Part shown: in pieces, positions 37,501-49,763 of the stretch | Layout of the letters: every line of letters starts with the position of its first letter | Position numbering within the stretch: position 1 is the stretch's first letter | From: Rhizaria sp. SCN 62-66 | Lineage: Eukaryota | Assembly (NCBI GenBank): GCA_001724265.1 | Contig: MEDY01000128.1 | Location: 1 to 64,000, forward strand | Direction of reading: 5' to 3' | Length of the DNA stretch: 64,000 nucleotides | Notes under the pieces: generated by a model | Database searches by the model: none | What the model was told of the DNA's origin: nothing | What the model saw: only the letters and a program-made list of their open reading frames with translations | Position numbers and translations under genes: made by a program

Positions 37501-39898
37501 AAGTGGCGCCTCGTTTCATTACAACACACAAGTTAGTAGCATTACCCTCGCTGCGAGCAGCAGACAAGTGGTTAGTTTAAGCACAGACACAAAAGACAAA
37601 ATGAATAGTTACAAGGATAACCTTCCACCTTTGTATTCTCTAATTACGAGTAACGCACTAAAAGGCACAACAAACAACGACAAAAGCAAAACCAAAAAAG
37701 AGATCGTGCAAAATCAGATCAATAATCGTGAGTATGATTACATCGTCATTGCAACACCTTTATCTTCGGCACTTACAGTGATTAAGACAACAGAGGTGGA
37801 TAGTAAACAAACGCAGGATGATGATCGTGGTGTTATTCACATTGATCCTCGTATTTTACGGAGTGACCGTGCTCTCGAGTATTACCATACTTCGTTAGTT
37901 CACATGCGTGCTCACAGCCGCAGCAACCCTCACAATCAAGTTGACACTCAAACTCCTAACTATAGCGATGGAAGGAGATTTGACTACAACATTGAGCGCT
38001 CGTTGTATTACGGCTACACAAAACCATCAGCTCGTGCTGATGACGGTGGTGAGCCAATGACCGTGTTTCATGACAGAGATCGCACGAGCTCTCTAATTGC
38101 AATGCTATCTGCTGCAATGTTTGGCGGTTCACATAAAACGTATGATGAGGAAAAGTCTAAGTACTTGACGTCTCCGTTGAAGTACCAACAGTCTCGAGCA
38201 TCACGCTTTGACAATAGCAAAAGCGTCTCTCAGTCACTTCGCAACAACCGCAATGGTGGCGTCCAACTTCCCGAGCTAGGGAGTGCACGTTCATTAACCC
38301 CTGTGTCCCCACCATCGATGCGCATTCACTCGCACAATATCTTCTACTTGCCTGCTGTGACCGCAACAGCAAGTCAAAGCGCGCTGCCTGAAGTGGCTGA
38401 GACGGTGTTGTTGGCGGCAAAGATAGCCGCTGTTGCTATTGCAGAGGATGCAGCGACAATGCGTGTTGTAACAACGCCAGCAGCAACACCGGGGAAGGAT
38501 GGGAATACGACTCAGATACAGAGCAGGACAACTACTATCAAGCGCCACCCGAAAGACTTGTTCAAGTTGATGGACGCTTACAAACAGAGTAAATCCAGGA
38601 GGAGTAGGACTACCAATAGTGCGCGTAATGTTGGGGAGCTTGACACTACAAGTACCCGTGCATCATCGCCTCTAGATAATGACCCAAATATAAGTGCTAC
38701 ATACGCAAATGGCACTAATACAAGTCCACGTCGCTCTCGCTTGCATACCATCAATGCTAGTGAAGTAAATTTGGATCTCCGTAGTAACAACACCAAAACT
38801 GATTTTGATGATGTCTCTCCGTTGCGTGAGGCAGCTTACATTTTTAGACAAGCTGCCTTTCCGACCTCTCCGGCGACACTTACACAGCCACAGTATCAGC
38901 GCGAACGGATCATCAGCACGGACTCCGACTCAGTTTCAGTCACACACCCTAGCTTTAGTTCTAAGAGCAAGAGCAAGAGCAGACACAATGGTCACAAGTT
39001 CTTCAGACGTAACAATAACACTCGTGCCATTCCAAAGGCTACTGCGAACAGGATTGCAAGTACTGCAGCCTTTCAGTACGCAAGTTCTGGTGGCGCAAGC
39101 GCTGGCGCGCGCGTGTCTTCAATCGTGTCTGTTTGTGGAGATAAAGATGGCACATCGCAACACAGAGTCACACGTCAGGATACTAGTGGCAATGATGGTC
39201 CATTGTCTGACAGTCCACACAGTGACAGTCAACGCAGCGACAATAAGCGACATGCCAACTGCTGTCTAGCTAGTAGCAACGCCAAGATCAATGCAAGTAT
39301 CTCGAAATCTCGGGCGCTCACGACCGCGAGTTCAAGTACTCGTGACAATAGCAGCTTGAATGTTGCAAAAAACACTCTTAACAATATGATTAGGAAAAGA
39401 GCGCACAGTAGCAAACCTAAGAAGCAGCACTTATGCGGCCCCGTCGGGGATTTCTGGTCTTTTCGACTTGGTTGGTCACTCGAAGTTGATCATACGCTTG
39501 CGCAACTTGAAAGAGATTAGCAACAGACAAGTCCTGACGCTGCTTCTTTGGCGACGACTGTAACTGCCTCTGTTTTAGTTTCGAGCCTTGACAGCGCCAG
39601 CAGCAGCGAGCCTGTGACTAAATCAAAGAGTCAAAACAAGACCAAGTCGGGAGCCAAGGCTACTCAGCATGAGACCGTGTCAGAACATCTGCAGCACCTG
39701 CTGCTGCGTCCGACCCCGCGCCACCGCCCGCGGCGCAACGCGCTGCACGAGTTCGACCTCACCGACACCAACGCCTCTATGCGGAGGCGCGAGAGAGCCG
39801 GGCTGGTAAACGTGGGCGTGACGGGGGATGGTAACGCAAGAGGATATGCGGATTTTGAGAATGGATTTGATAGTAGTATTCAATGCCGGTGCAATTGA
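34589..39898 (+). CDS. Secreted FAD-dependent oxidoreductase, prenylcysteine oxidase/lyase-like, heavily expanded by insertions (~1,770 aa if TAG 39518-39520 is read through)
   Basis: It has the signal peptide MYVMRLFCTVVVLLIVAFSARA and the Rossmann motif RVAIIGAGLAG. Further blocks are DVFERS, LLVKESGASFHYNTQVSSI, YDYIVIATPL and IFYLPAV...AETVLLAAKIAAVAI, the last resembling the PCYOX C-terminal motif. ORF 39548-39898 is in the same frame, directly after a single TAG. Confidence 0.7.
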
Positions 39899-40520
39899 GT
39901 GTAAGATATATCATGTTTCAAGTTTATTTTTATGACTTATCAAACGTTGGCGTAATTATAATAAAGTAGACCACGTGAAGGCAGAATTTACACCCAATTT
40001 TGGCGGACTCCGCGATCACGGACCTCCAACGGCCACACAAACGGCGGAGTCTCGGACAGGGACAGGTAAAGATGACGTTTGTTTCATATTCGCCGCTGAT
40101 AGATTTTAACTTCATTACTGAGACCTAATTTCATGCATTGTTTCAATAACTCTATTTTATTTGTGTATCAATTGAATGCGATTTAAGTTATCAAAATGCA
40201 TGCGGAAACTGTGAAGACACTCCTTTCCTATCTGCTCATCGAATCTAACTTTTCAGCGCCGCAACTCAACGCAAGATCAACCACTCCTGATATAACACAT
40301 CGATTTCTTAGAAAACACAGTGTGACACTGTTTGATGGACCCAAAAATATCTTAAACCGACTGTATCACTCACGATTCGCTCACTTCTCTGCCTTCCCCC
40401 TTCATTCTCTCGTGATGACCCAGCCTTCTTTTCTTTCCACACAAGCTCTCTCTGCGCGCACGACTCTTCCTCGTGGCCCTTGTTACCGTCAACGCTAAAC
40501 GCCTATCCCTCTAAGCCTCG

Positions 40521-41582
40521 ATGTCTCGCCGCAACCGCGCGCCCGCTCGCTCCGCCAACACGTCTGTCAACAACTCGGCCTCCGGCTCTGGCGCTGCTAA
40601 CGCCACTGACGTCGAGCTCTCCGACATCGGCACCAACAGCACCAACGCACTGAGCTACAACAACGGCGACGACCTCAACAGCATGAGCGTTACCAACGCG
40701 GGCATTCTGTCTTCTGACCCGGCCGACAACATCCCCTACGCGCCATACGCCGACACCGGCGCCGTCGACATCGACCTCGGCGGCAGCAGCGCCGCTCCCG
40801 TCCCGGCACAGTACCAGCCCGCCGCCACGGCCCCTGCCGCCGAGTCCACCATCTCTCCGACCGGCCGCGGCAAGTACACCTTCGGCCCCGCCTCGGCCGC
40901 GCCCTCGGCCGCGCCCTCGGCCGCCCCGTCCCCAGCGCGCTCCACCACCAGCAACAACAACGGCAGGGGCGGCCGCTACGAAGTCACTGCCGCGCCGGCC
41001 GGCGCCGCGTCCCCCGCCAAATCTAGGGGCCTCGTGTCCGACGGCAACGAGAACGACTCGGACCCCGACCTCCGCGTCGAGGGCGCCAACAACAACAACG
41101 CCGGCACCAGCGGGAGCAACAACACCAACAGCAGCGGCAGCAAGGCGACCTCCGGTCCCCACGCCATCGTCATCGACATGGCGCAGCTCCAGAACAACGG
41201 CGGCGCGCGCTCCCCCGGCCGTCTGGGTCCCGGCCGCGGTGGCAGCTCCTACGCGCCCAGCAGCGGCCGCGGCGGCAGCGGCGCGAGCATGACTGTGGGC
41301 GACAGCGACGACTGGGAGGACGTGCAGGAGCTGCCCACGCCGCGCGAGTCGCTGGGTGCGTTCAAAAAGGAGATTGCGACCGTGATCTTCCTCCTCATCG
41401 TCGGCATCGTCTGCTTCTCCGTCGGCCTCGCCCGGTTCACGGACGAGACGAACGACGGCGCGCTCGTGCTCTTCCTCGTCGGCGCCATCACGCTCATCCC
41501 CGGCGTGTACTACGGGTTCAAGTTTGTCCGCGCGTACCGCATGGGTACTCCGTTCACGCTGTTCATGATCAACGGGAACTGA
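40521..41582 (+). CDS. TMEM134/TMEM230 (DUF872)-like membrane protein with a long disordered N-terminus
   Basis: The C-terminal KEIATVIFLLIVGIVCFSVG...LVLFLVGAITLIPGVYYGFKFVRAYR gives two TM helices with the family's IPG.Y...AYR motif. The stop is TGA. Confidence 0.8.
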   Translation: MSRRNRAPARSANTSVNNSASGSGAANATDVELSDIGTNSTNALSYNNGDDLNSMSVTNAGILSSDPADNIPYAPYADTGAVDIDLGGSSAAPVPAQYQPAATAPAAESTISPTGRGKYTFGPASAAPSAAPSAAPSPARSTTSNNNGRGGRYEVTAAPAGAASPAKSRGLVSDGNENDSDPDLRVEGANNNNAGTSGSNNTNSSGSKATSGPHAIVIDMAQLQNNGGARSPGRLGPGRGGSSYAPSSGRGGSGASMTVGDSDDWEDVQELPTPRESLGAFKKEIATVIFLLIVGIVCFSVGLARFTDETNDGALVLFLVGAITLIPGVYYGFKFVRAYRMGTPFTLFMINGN

Positions 41583-42684
41583 GAACGCCGCACGTCCAAA
41601 CTTCAGTGCTCTGTGTCCAGGGGCACGTTAACGCTCTTTGTGGTCAGCGGAAGAAGATTTGTTGATTTGTTAATTTAGGAGTACAAATAAGTAAACAAAC
41701 AAGAACGCTCTTATGTTTTTGTTTCGGTTTGTCCTGCATGCGTTATTGTTTTTAAGAGATGCTTCTCTGGTGTATCTTAGTTTGACGAGGACACCCTTAA
41801 AGCATTCGTAGCACATGTAATCTACACACTTAGACATGTTGAAGGCCGTATTATATAGTATCATCTTATTAATATTTCCTACCTGTCTCTGTTCGTCTGT
41901 TGCTTATCTTAATATTCTTTGTCTCGTCTTTCCCTGTGTGCGTGCGCCATAGTCTGTGCATCAGTGCTTTCAATTCGTGTTATCATATCATATCTCGTTT
42001 AATTCCTGCTTACGTATGATGTAGCGTGGTTGCTGTTACTGCTGTTGCTGTGCTGTGGTTGTACTCCACTTCAATACACTTTGGTCTATTGTTTCACGTT
42101 AAGCTTATCGAATATTTGTTTTCTAGTCAGCTGAATTGCACTGCTGGCAATATGATCAGAAACAATGATGGCGGCGTTGAAGTTTTAAGACATTGGCAAC
42201 TCAACCTGAACAATCGTCATTTGCATATGCAAGATCGAGGCGTCACTATCAAGACAAAGTTCAATGCGTTTTAATCTTGGACTCATGTCGTCGGGAGCGG
42301 GTGGTTAGCATTTCAAGATGAGCAGTAGCAATGAGGTGATGTAAAAGGAAGATATGTGGAATGTTGTTTAAGTTTGAAAGACTATATTAAGCAGACAACG
42401 TTGCCTGTACACTCAAAAAGAAGTAAAGATACAACATGGATAAAGCATACAAACAACGACGACAACGACGACGAAGACAGCTGTAGCGCACGGAGCCCCG
42501 GAAGACGGGGGACACAGACACGACAGCAATCACCCCAGAGAGAAGAGAAAAGACGACGGCAGCACGAACGAGTCACATACACAACGCATTTGGTTGTTAA
42601 ATACGTTGGCACACTCAATCACGCACGCGCATCATCACCAGTGTGTGTGAAAGGTTAGCAACAGCAACGGTGGGTTGAGTTAAC

Positions 42685-43083
42685 TTACGCCTTGACGGAC
42701 TTGGTGACCTTCTTGACGATGGCGGCCTTCTGCTTCTTGAGGAGCATGACCTTGAAGCGGTCGAAGTCGGAGAGGTTGGCGCGGGTCTTCTGCGCAGCGA
42801 CGCGCTTGCCCCAGGCAGTAGCAGCAACCTTCTCAGCGACCTTGCTGATCTGGAAGTACTTGTTGATCTTGTCGACGCCGATGGTGCGGGGGACAGCGAT
42901 CTTGATGCTGGTGAGGGAGAGCCAGCGGGTGGGGATGGCCTGGCGCTTGACACCGTTGGCGGAGCCGTCGGCGAGGACGCGGGACTGGTCAATGATGTCC
43001 AGGACCACAACCCACTTGCCGTAGTCGGGGCCGTAGTTGATGAGAGCAACGCGGCCGGTCTCAACAAAGTTAGTCTTCGCCAT
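42685..43083 (-). CDS. RPL14: 60S ribosomal protein L14 (eL14)
   Basis: FVETGRVALINYGPDYGK.VVVLDIIDQSRVLADG...RANLSDFDRFKVM are eL14 motifs. The stop is TAA. The ATG is immediately preceded by a pyrimidine-rich tract ending in CAG, probably a 5'-UTR intron. Confidence 0.97.
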   Translation of the reverse strand: MAKTNFVETGRVALINYGPDYGKWVVVLDIIDQSRVLADGSANGVKRQAIPTRWLSLTSIKIAVPRTIGVDKINKYFQISKVAEKVAATAWGKRVAAQKTRANLSDFDRFKVMLLKKQKAAIVKKVTKSVKA

Positions 43084-44043
43084 CTGTGGTAGTAGGGAAA
43101 GATGTGGGGAATCGGAGCGAGAGCGCAGCAGCAGAGGGAACGAGAGCGGGGGTCAGCGAAGAGAGCGAAGTAGCGAGACCGAGAGGGGAAGCGAGCGGAG
43201 GCACGAGAAAGGCGGTCAAGGAAGGGAACGACAAGAGGGTGAGGAAATACGGACAAGAGTGGAAGATAGAATGGTAATGAAAGTACGACATAATACAAGG
43301 ATAAAGTGGTCAGCCAATAGTGTCGGGCGCGCGAGAAGGCGCTTTGTCGGCCAGGAGTTGTTGGGTGGGGGTCTTCTGCGGTGCACCTTCGCAGAGTTCT
43401 GTGCGTCGAGCCGACGCTCCAAGGCATATCGCAATAAAACATATAGATAGTCCAATGCATAGGCAATCCTGACACAAAATTACAAACTCTAATGCCTTCA
43501 CGGTCTGCCCCTGGAGATGCTTTTTCGTCAGCCTCGAATGGTTGCGAGAGCTGTACCAAAGCTAAGCCGCCTCTCTCACAGTCATCTGACGACTCGATCC
43601 AGACAGACCGACTGGCCAGTCCCACAGAAAATCAACTTTGCATAGAAACCTGACGATATTAATTGACGCAAGTGAGTATAGATTTTTGATATCATATAAA
43701 ATGCTGGAATTAAGAGCGTATACGCAGGGTTAGTTATCAAATTTCGTTTGTATTGTGCCACTAACGAGCACTTGTACAGAAAGGACGCGCAATACATCCA
43801 TCACCACAACCAGCTCTGTAACTCCCTTTCACAAGAGAGACAACGAGGAATATGGTGTGAGTGGGGTAGCGCGCCTGTCGTATGTGTTGCAAAATCTCCC
43901 ATCTTAGGTGACACACCACTGCGAGCTTGATGTCGTATCGAAGCGGCGTGAGCTAAGCCATAATCATATCAAATCAGTCACCAATCGACAACAATATACA
44001 CCATCTGAGCCAGAGTCACCGAAAGCCTTGTTAAGGGGCTCAC

Positions 44044-44806
44044 TTAGTTCTTGAACTCGACGTCGGTGGAGAGGCCGTGGAGCTGGCTGAGCTTCTTGTC
44101 GACCTGGTTGATCGAGTCCATGGCCTTGTAGAGGGTCTTCTTGTCGTGGACGGGCACGCCAGAGAGCGTGACAGTGTCGTAGACGGTGAAGTTCGTCTTG
44201 AGCTTCTCGGCGTAGGTCTCGCGGTTGCCGTAGTTGGTCACGGGCTTGGAGTCGTCCGCGGGGTCGGTGGGCTTGGCCTTGTAGTCGAGCGGGGGAGCCG
44301 GGGGCGGGGGCGCCACGGTGGGCGTCAGGGGGCCATCCAGCATCGCCTGCTGGGAAGCGATCGTCTGCCGGAGCTCGGTCATGGACTCGAGGACGGACGA
44401 GATGTCCGCGTCGAGCTCAGCCTCGGCATCAGCCTCGAGCAAGGACTCGACGTCTGAAGGAGGGGAGAGCAAGGAGCAAACAAGAGACAGAAGAGAGAGA
44501 GCAAGTGGGTCGGGAGCGATGAGAACGGTTCAAATAGAACGGAAAAAAGAGAGAGACATGAGATGAAACATTAAAATTCCGATACATCCGTGTAGTGACC
44601 GTTTTTGAAATGATTGGCAGGAGCAAATGACGTCGGCAAGGCGGTCAAATTAGGGATTGAGAAAGGAGCAATCGAGAGGGGAGGTGTAAAGGGGGGAAGA
44701 ATCAAAACGTACCATGCTGCATGCGCGCAAAACGCGTCTGGAGGTCCGCCGCCCAGGAAAGGGCGAGGTGGATCGCCAGGATCACCAGAATCACCGCACA
44801 ACGCAT
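44044..44806 (-). CDS. Small secreted coiled-coil protein of unknown function; 2 exons
   Basis: Exon 44806-44713 reads MRCAVILVILAIHLALSWAADLQTRFARMQH, which is signal-peptide-like. Intron 44712-44454 (GTACGT...CAG) joins it in frame to exon 44453-44044. Codon usage is strongly GC-biased. The stop is TAA. Confidence 0.8.
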
Positions 44807-45136
44807 CTTTGAGATACCAAAGTTGAGTTTGGATGTCAAAAAGGCCTGCTCTCGAGCCTCTCTGGTCACCAACCGAGCCCAGCTCCAAACTGACCGTGAG
44901 CGAAACTAAGCCGCGGCAGTTCCTAAAAAGTCATTCATGAGGATTTCTTAAAATCGCGTTAGCACCATCTGATAAGCATAAATAAATATAATTTTTTTTG
45001 TTTAGCAAATCGGCGTGTGTATTAAGTATCATGTTTCACTATTACACCACTGTGGCCCGACCATGACCCACATATCTCTTTAAGAAAGGCTGAGACTCGT
45101 TCGACCGAGTACTTGAACAAGAGACACTTGTTGCTT

Positions 45137-46749
45137 TCACTTAGAACCAAGGAGGATGGCCCAGCCGTTGGAGGGCAGCTCCCCGCGCGTGGGCAGCTCG
45201 GCCATCGCAGTCCCGGTGGCCTCTGCGTAGAGCTGCTGCTGGCGCGTCCCGGGCCGCGCGGTGTGGGCCGTAACGGGGAACTGAACCTGCTTCCCGCCAC
45301 CCGCCACGCCGCCCGTCTCGGCGTCGACCTCGCCCGAGCACAGCGCCTGGTTCGTCAGCGCGTGCGTGATCAGCACCTCGTCCTCGCTGCGCACGGCCTG
45401 TCCCTCGCGCTCGAACCGCTGCGTGACGTCTTTGGCCGCGATCTTGAAAGTCGTGTCGTGGCTCTCGGCGCCCGTGAGAGACACTTGCTGCTGCTTGACG
45501 CGCAGCGACGTGGCCAGCGCCACGGGCACTGACGACAGGTACACCGGTGCCGAGGACACGGACGGGTGCAGCTGCAGGCGGAACTCGCTGCCGTACCGCA
45601 GCGGCGCACCGTTGAGGTGGCTGGCGGGCGCCAGCGTCGAGCGCAGGGGCGCCGCGGCGGCGGGGCCCGCGGCCGGGAGCGCGCGCGTGGCGGCGAGCGT
45701 GGCGGCGCTGGTGTTGGGCGCGGCCAGGGGCGGCGCGATGATAAACGTGTTGGTGACTGTGGGCGACGACGCGGCGAGCGAGGTGATGACCTGCTTCGAG
45801 GCTGGGGAAACCGTGAGCAGGCCCTGGGTGAAGGTGGACAGCACCAGCACGGCGTCGCCGTAGCGCACCACGTTGTCGGCGTGGCAAGACAGGCCGGAGG
45901 CAGACACGGAGCCCTCCTCGTCGGCGTTCTAAGGTGAAGCAAGGCAAATTTGCAAGAGTAAAACAGGTGCGATTGCGAGTTGCGGAGGAGAAAGAAAAAC
46001 AAGACAGATGAATACAAAAAAGTTGGAGTGAGAGTGAGTATTTAGAGTGGCTTTGTTGTCATGCTGAATGTTGTTGTTTTGGTCATTGCTTGGTGTTCAG
46101 GTACATGTTTGTGTTGATGCGTGGTATTGTTGTTTGTTGTAAGGTGTAGGAATGTGTATGTGTGGCAACAATCGCGGGGGTTAAGCCGGATTGTAAAACA
46201 CACGGCTTACACACCAGCAACAAACGAAACAAAGTATCAATCACTCAAGCGAGACAGCACAACCAGCAATCAGACTTTGTGATCGTTAGAATCAAAAGCT
46301 AGGTAGATAACTCCAGAGATGGGACAGGCAAGCAAAAAACAGCAAGACAAGACGAGAAAAACAGAGCACAGCAGCAGCGCAAAGCAAGCCAAACTCCCCA
46401 CAAGAGAACCAGAAACGCAGTCAACCTGTCACAAGCTTAAGATGAGCGAGCGACGATAAATGCTGAGTTTCGTGTCGTCAAATCAGTAGAGAATCGTGGG
46501 CTTGCGCGCTGCCGCTGCGTTATTGTTCCCAGCCACGGAGGGTTTGATGAACGAAGAAGGTACCTGAGAGTCGGCCTCGCCGTTGTTGGCGTTGGGGTTG
46601 TTGCTGGGCGTGGAGTAGAGCAGGCCCTGGTCCTTGCGTTGGATGTACTCCTTGACCTTTTGTTCCTGCTGCACCTGGTCTTCGAACCAGTTGCCCACAA
46701 GCGTCCGGCGCCCGTACTGCTGCGCGACAGTCGTGCGGTGGAACTCCAT
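45137..46749 (-). CDS. CFAP161: Cilia- and flagella-associated protein 161 (C15orf26)-like; 2 exons
   Basis: Exon 46749-46564 contains YGRRTLVGNWFEDQ...KEYIQRKDQGLL. Intron 46563-45929 runs GTACC...TAG. Exon 45928-45137 contains VRYGDAVLV, RFEREGQAV...VLITHALTNQAL and NGWAILLG. The stop is TGA. Confidence 0.8.
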
Positions 46750-47210
46750 GCTATCGAGAGAGCGTGGCGAAAGTGGAGATAAGTGCAGGGGACGATGGGA
46801 AAGGCAGAGAGAAGATGATACAGTGAGCCGTTGTTGTGGGGCGAAAAGAGAAGGCTAATATCAGGCCTTCACGCGTTCATGCGCGGCTGTAAAATAGTGA
46901 TCATTGCAAAACCAGCCGGTTTTACAGATAAAAGATAGAATTATTCCATTTAACAGTCAAATAAAGGCCCATGAATGAGTAACGCCTCAGCCCCAGAGCA
47001 AGACGGTCGAGCGATCGACGAGCGAGAGTGACCGTGAGCAGCGGCTTGCCAGGCTCGACCGACCGAGCTCTCGCTCGACCGCGCCTTGCTGCGGCCTGCG
47101 GGGCGGCGGTGCAAGCGGGAGCGGTTCGAGGAGTCTCGAGACGACCGTCAACGAGAACAAAAATGTGGAAAACGCAAGAAGACGTTGTTATCGGCACTAT
47201 CTAGTAACCA
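46750..47210. promoter_or_regulatory. Probable bidirectional promoter region between divergent CFAP161 and EIF3D
   Basis: The 461-nt spacer between two divergent start codons has a GC-rich, TCGA-rich core (about 47000-47150) with short inverted repeats. Confidence 0.45.
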
Positions 47211-49312
47211 ATGACGAGTGAGCTTGCTTCTTTTGAGCTGCCGAAGATCTTCGACAACCCTGCTGGCTGGGGTCCCGGTCAGTCCGTGGGCTCTTTCGAC
47301 GACCCTCTGTTCCAGCCCTACAACAAGTCAGAGCGTCTTACCAAGATCTCCGACTGGACCATCATCAACCGTTCTAAGGGTACGTCTCTTTCCCACCCTA
47401 TTCCAACCACGCTTTCCCTACGTAATATCCTCTCTCCTCTTCTTGAGTCCATTGCCCACTCTCTGGGTCTTTGCCGACCTTTCTCGTACCATCTCTCTTC
47501 GATCTCTCGTTTTAACGTTCTTATTACTGTTCGCTAACATATATCCTTACGTTTGATCACGTTTCGCACTCTTTGCACCTCAATTCACCCTCGTACATAG
47601 GCCGCGCTGGCGCCACGGGCTCCGGCTTCGCCTTCAAGGCCGAGGAGGACGACTCCAACTTCTCCTTCGCCAGCAAGCCCACCTTCAAGACCCAGCTCAA
47701 GCGCCTCACCACGCGCGGCGGCGCCGGCGGCAGCGCGCCCCGCTCTTCCGCCATGGGCGCCGCTGGCGCTCGCGGCGGCGCCCAGCGCGGCCCCGCCGGC
47801 CCCGCGTCCGCTGCAGCCGGCGCCCGCGCGGGCAACAGCGCGCGCGCCAACCGCATCCAGGCCAACAACGGCCGCGCGCAGGCCGGCCGCGGCGGCCGCG
47901 GCGCGCAGTCGGGCCGCGGCGGCCGCGGCGGCTACGCGCGCAACAACTACTTCCGCGAAGAGGCGTCGCGCGACCCGTCCGTGCCGATCGACGGTGCGTG
48001 GGAGGAGCTCGATGAGTTCAGCTTCGACGAGCTGCAGAAGGCCACCGTGTCCACGGTCGAGGCCGAGACGATCCTGTCGGCGGGCAAGCTGTACCGCTAC
48101 ACTGACACCACGGACGCCATCCAGCCCAAGTTCGCCAAGGGCCTGCCTAAGGCGCCCACGGAGCCGTACGTGGCCTCGGCGTCGTCCGACCCCTACATCC
48201 GCGAGCTCGCTGAGAAGCAGACGGCGGACGTGTACATCACCGAGGCGGCCATGTCGCTGCTCATGTGCGCGCACAAGACCGCGCAGGCGTGGGACCTGCT
48301 GATCCGCTGCACCGACGACGCCGTCTTCATCGACTACCGCCCCGACTCGCGCGTGCATCTGCTGCCTATCAACGAGACGGCCGGCGACCACCTCAACGTG
48401 CCCGACGCCGACGGCATCAACTCGCCCGATAACCTCGCCAGCGAGTCGGCCGCCATCGCGCGCTCCTTCGCGCACTTCGCCGTGTCCGTCCCCGCCGCCG
48501 CGCCCTCGGCCGCGGGCGGCGCGGGGCTGTCGTTCGCCGCGCTCGCCGCGCGCGGGCCCTCTGCGTCGCAGCTGTCGACCGAGTTTAAGGAGCAGGACCG
48601 CCCCGCGCCGCACGCGGCCGACCTGCCCGCCGAGAAGCAGCCCGCGTCGACGGTGTTCCGCTACCGCCGCTTCACGGTGAACCCCGACGCGGACGCGGGC
48701 GAGGACGCGACGCCGATCACCGTGCTCGTGCGTACCACGCTGCACGCCTACAAGCCCGCCAAGGACGCCAAGGAGGCGACGCCCGAGGACGACGCCGACG
48801 CCGCGGCCGCCGCGGCCGCCGCCGCCGCCGAGGACGAGATCGTGGTCAAGACGCTCAACGAGGTCGACTCGCGCATCACGAGCGGCATGGACTGGCGCGA
48901 CGGACTCGAGTCCCGCGCTGGCGCTGTGCTGGCTGGCGAGAACAAGAACAACGCCGCCCGCGTGGCGCGCCTTGCCGCCGAGGCGCTCATGTCGGGCGCC
49001 AGCCAGCTCAAGCTGGGCTTCCTGTCGCGTCTCACCCCCAAGGACGCGGCGCGTCACAGCGTGCTCAAGGTCGAGACGCATGACCCGTCCAAGTTCGCGT
49101 CGACGATGCGCATGACTGCGCGCTCCTTCTGGGCGGGCGCGATGCCGCTGCTGCAGGCCGCCGTCGGGCTCGACAACGGCAAGTACATCATGATGCGCGA
49201 CCCTAACCGCACCATCGTGCGCCTGTACAAGGTGCTCGACACGACGTTCGACGACGAGACGTGCGTGCTTAAGATCGACTCCGAGGCCCCCATGGCCATG
49301 AAGAGCAAGTAA
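47211..49312 (+). CDS. EIF3D: Eukaryotic translation initiation factor 3 subunit D; 2 exons
   Basis: Exon 47211-47379 contains DNPAGWGP...FQPYNKSERLTKISDWT. Intron 47380-47600 runs GTACGT...TAG. Exon 47601-49312 contains SSDPYIREL, DWRDGLESRAGAVLAGENKNN, KLGFLSR and GKYIMMRDPNRTIVRLY. Confidence 0.95.
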
Positions 49313-49763
49313 GACAGTGAAGCTTGAGACGGCGAGAGTGAAACAAACGCCACTGCAAATGCAAAGTAAAACACACATAGTATGTGTTTTACTATGACCG
49401 GAGGCGGGGTTGGTTGTTGCGTAGGGACAAAAGCATGTGACAACAAAAAGAAACACAAATATATTAATGAACAGTGTGCTTTGTCATTGATGATAATAAT
49501 AATACACAGTTTTAGTTTTATCAGAATACTCGCTTCTAGTTCTTATATACACTACGTCGCTTTGTTTCAGTGCCATTCAACTGTTAGATCAATGTCATTA
49601 TTATTCACATACTCTGGTTGTTTCAACACATAGTTTGTATTTGTCGTAAATTCTGTTGTGTGCTTGACATAAATGGCCCTTGTTAAGTCCGACGCAGCCA
49701 TGCACAGCATCAACAATGACCTTGCGCTCACAGTAAACAAAGCTAACGTGGTTATTTTTCACT

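Noticed and set aside
43500-43700. Possible snoRNA or other ncRNA upstream of RPL14
   Set aside because: No convincing C/D or H/ACA box pair with stems could be established by eye. No tRNA or rRNA was recognised anywhere in the window.
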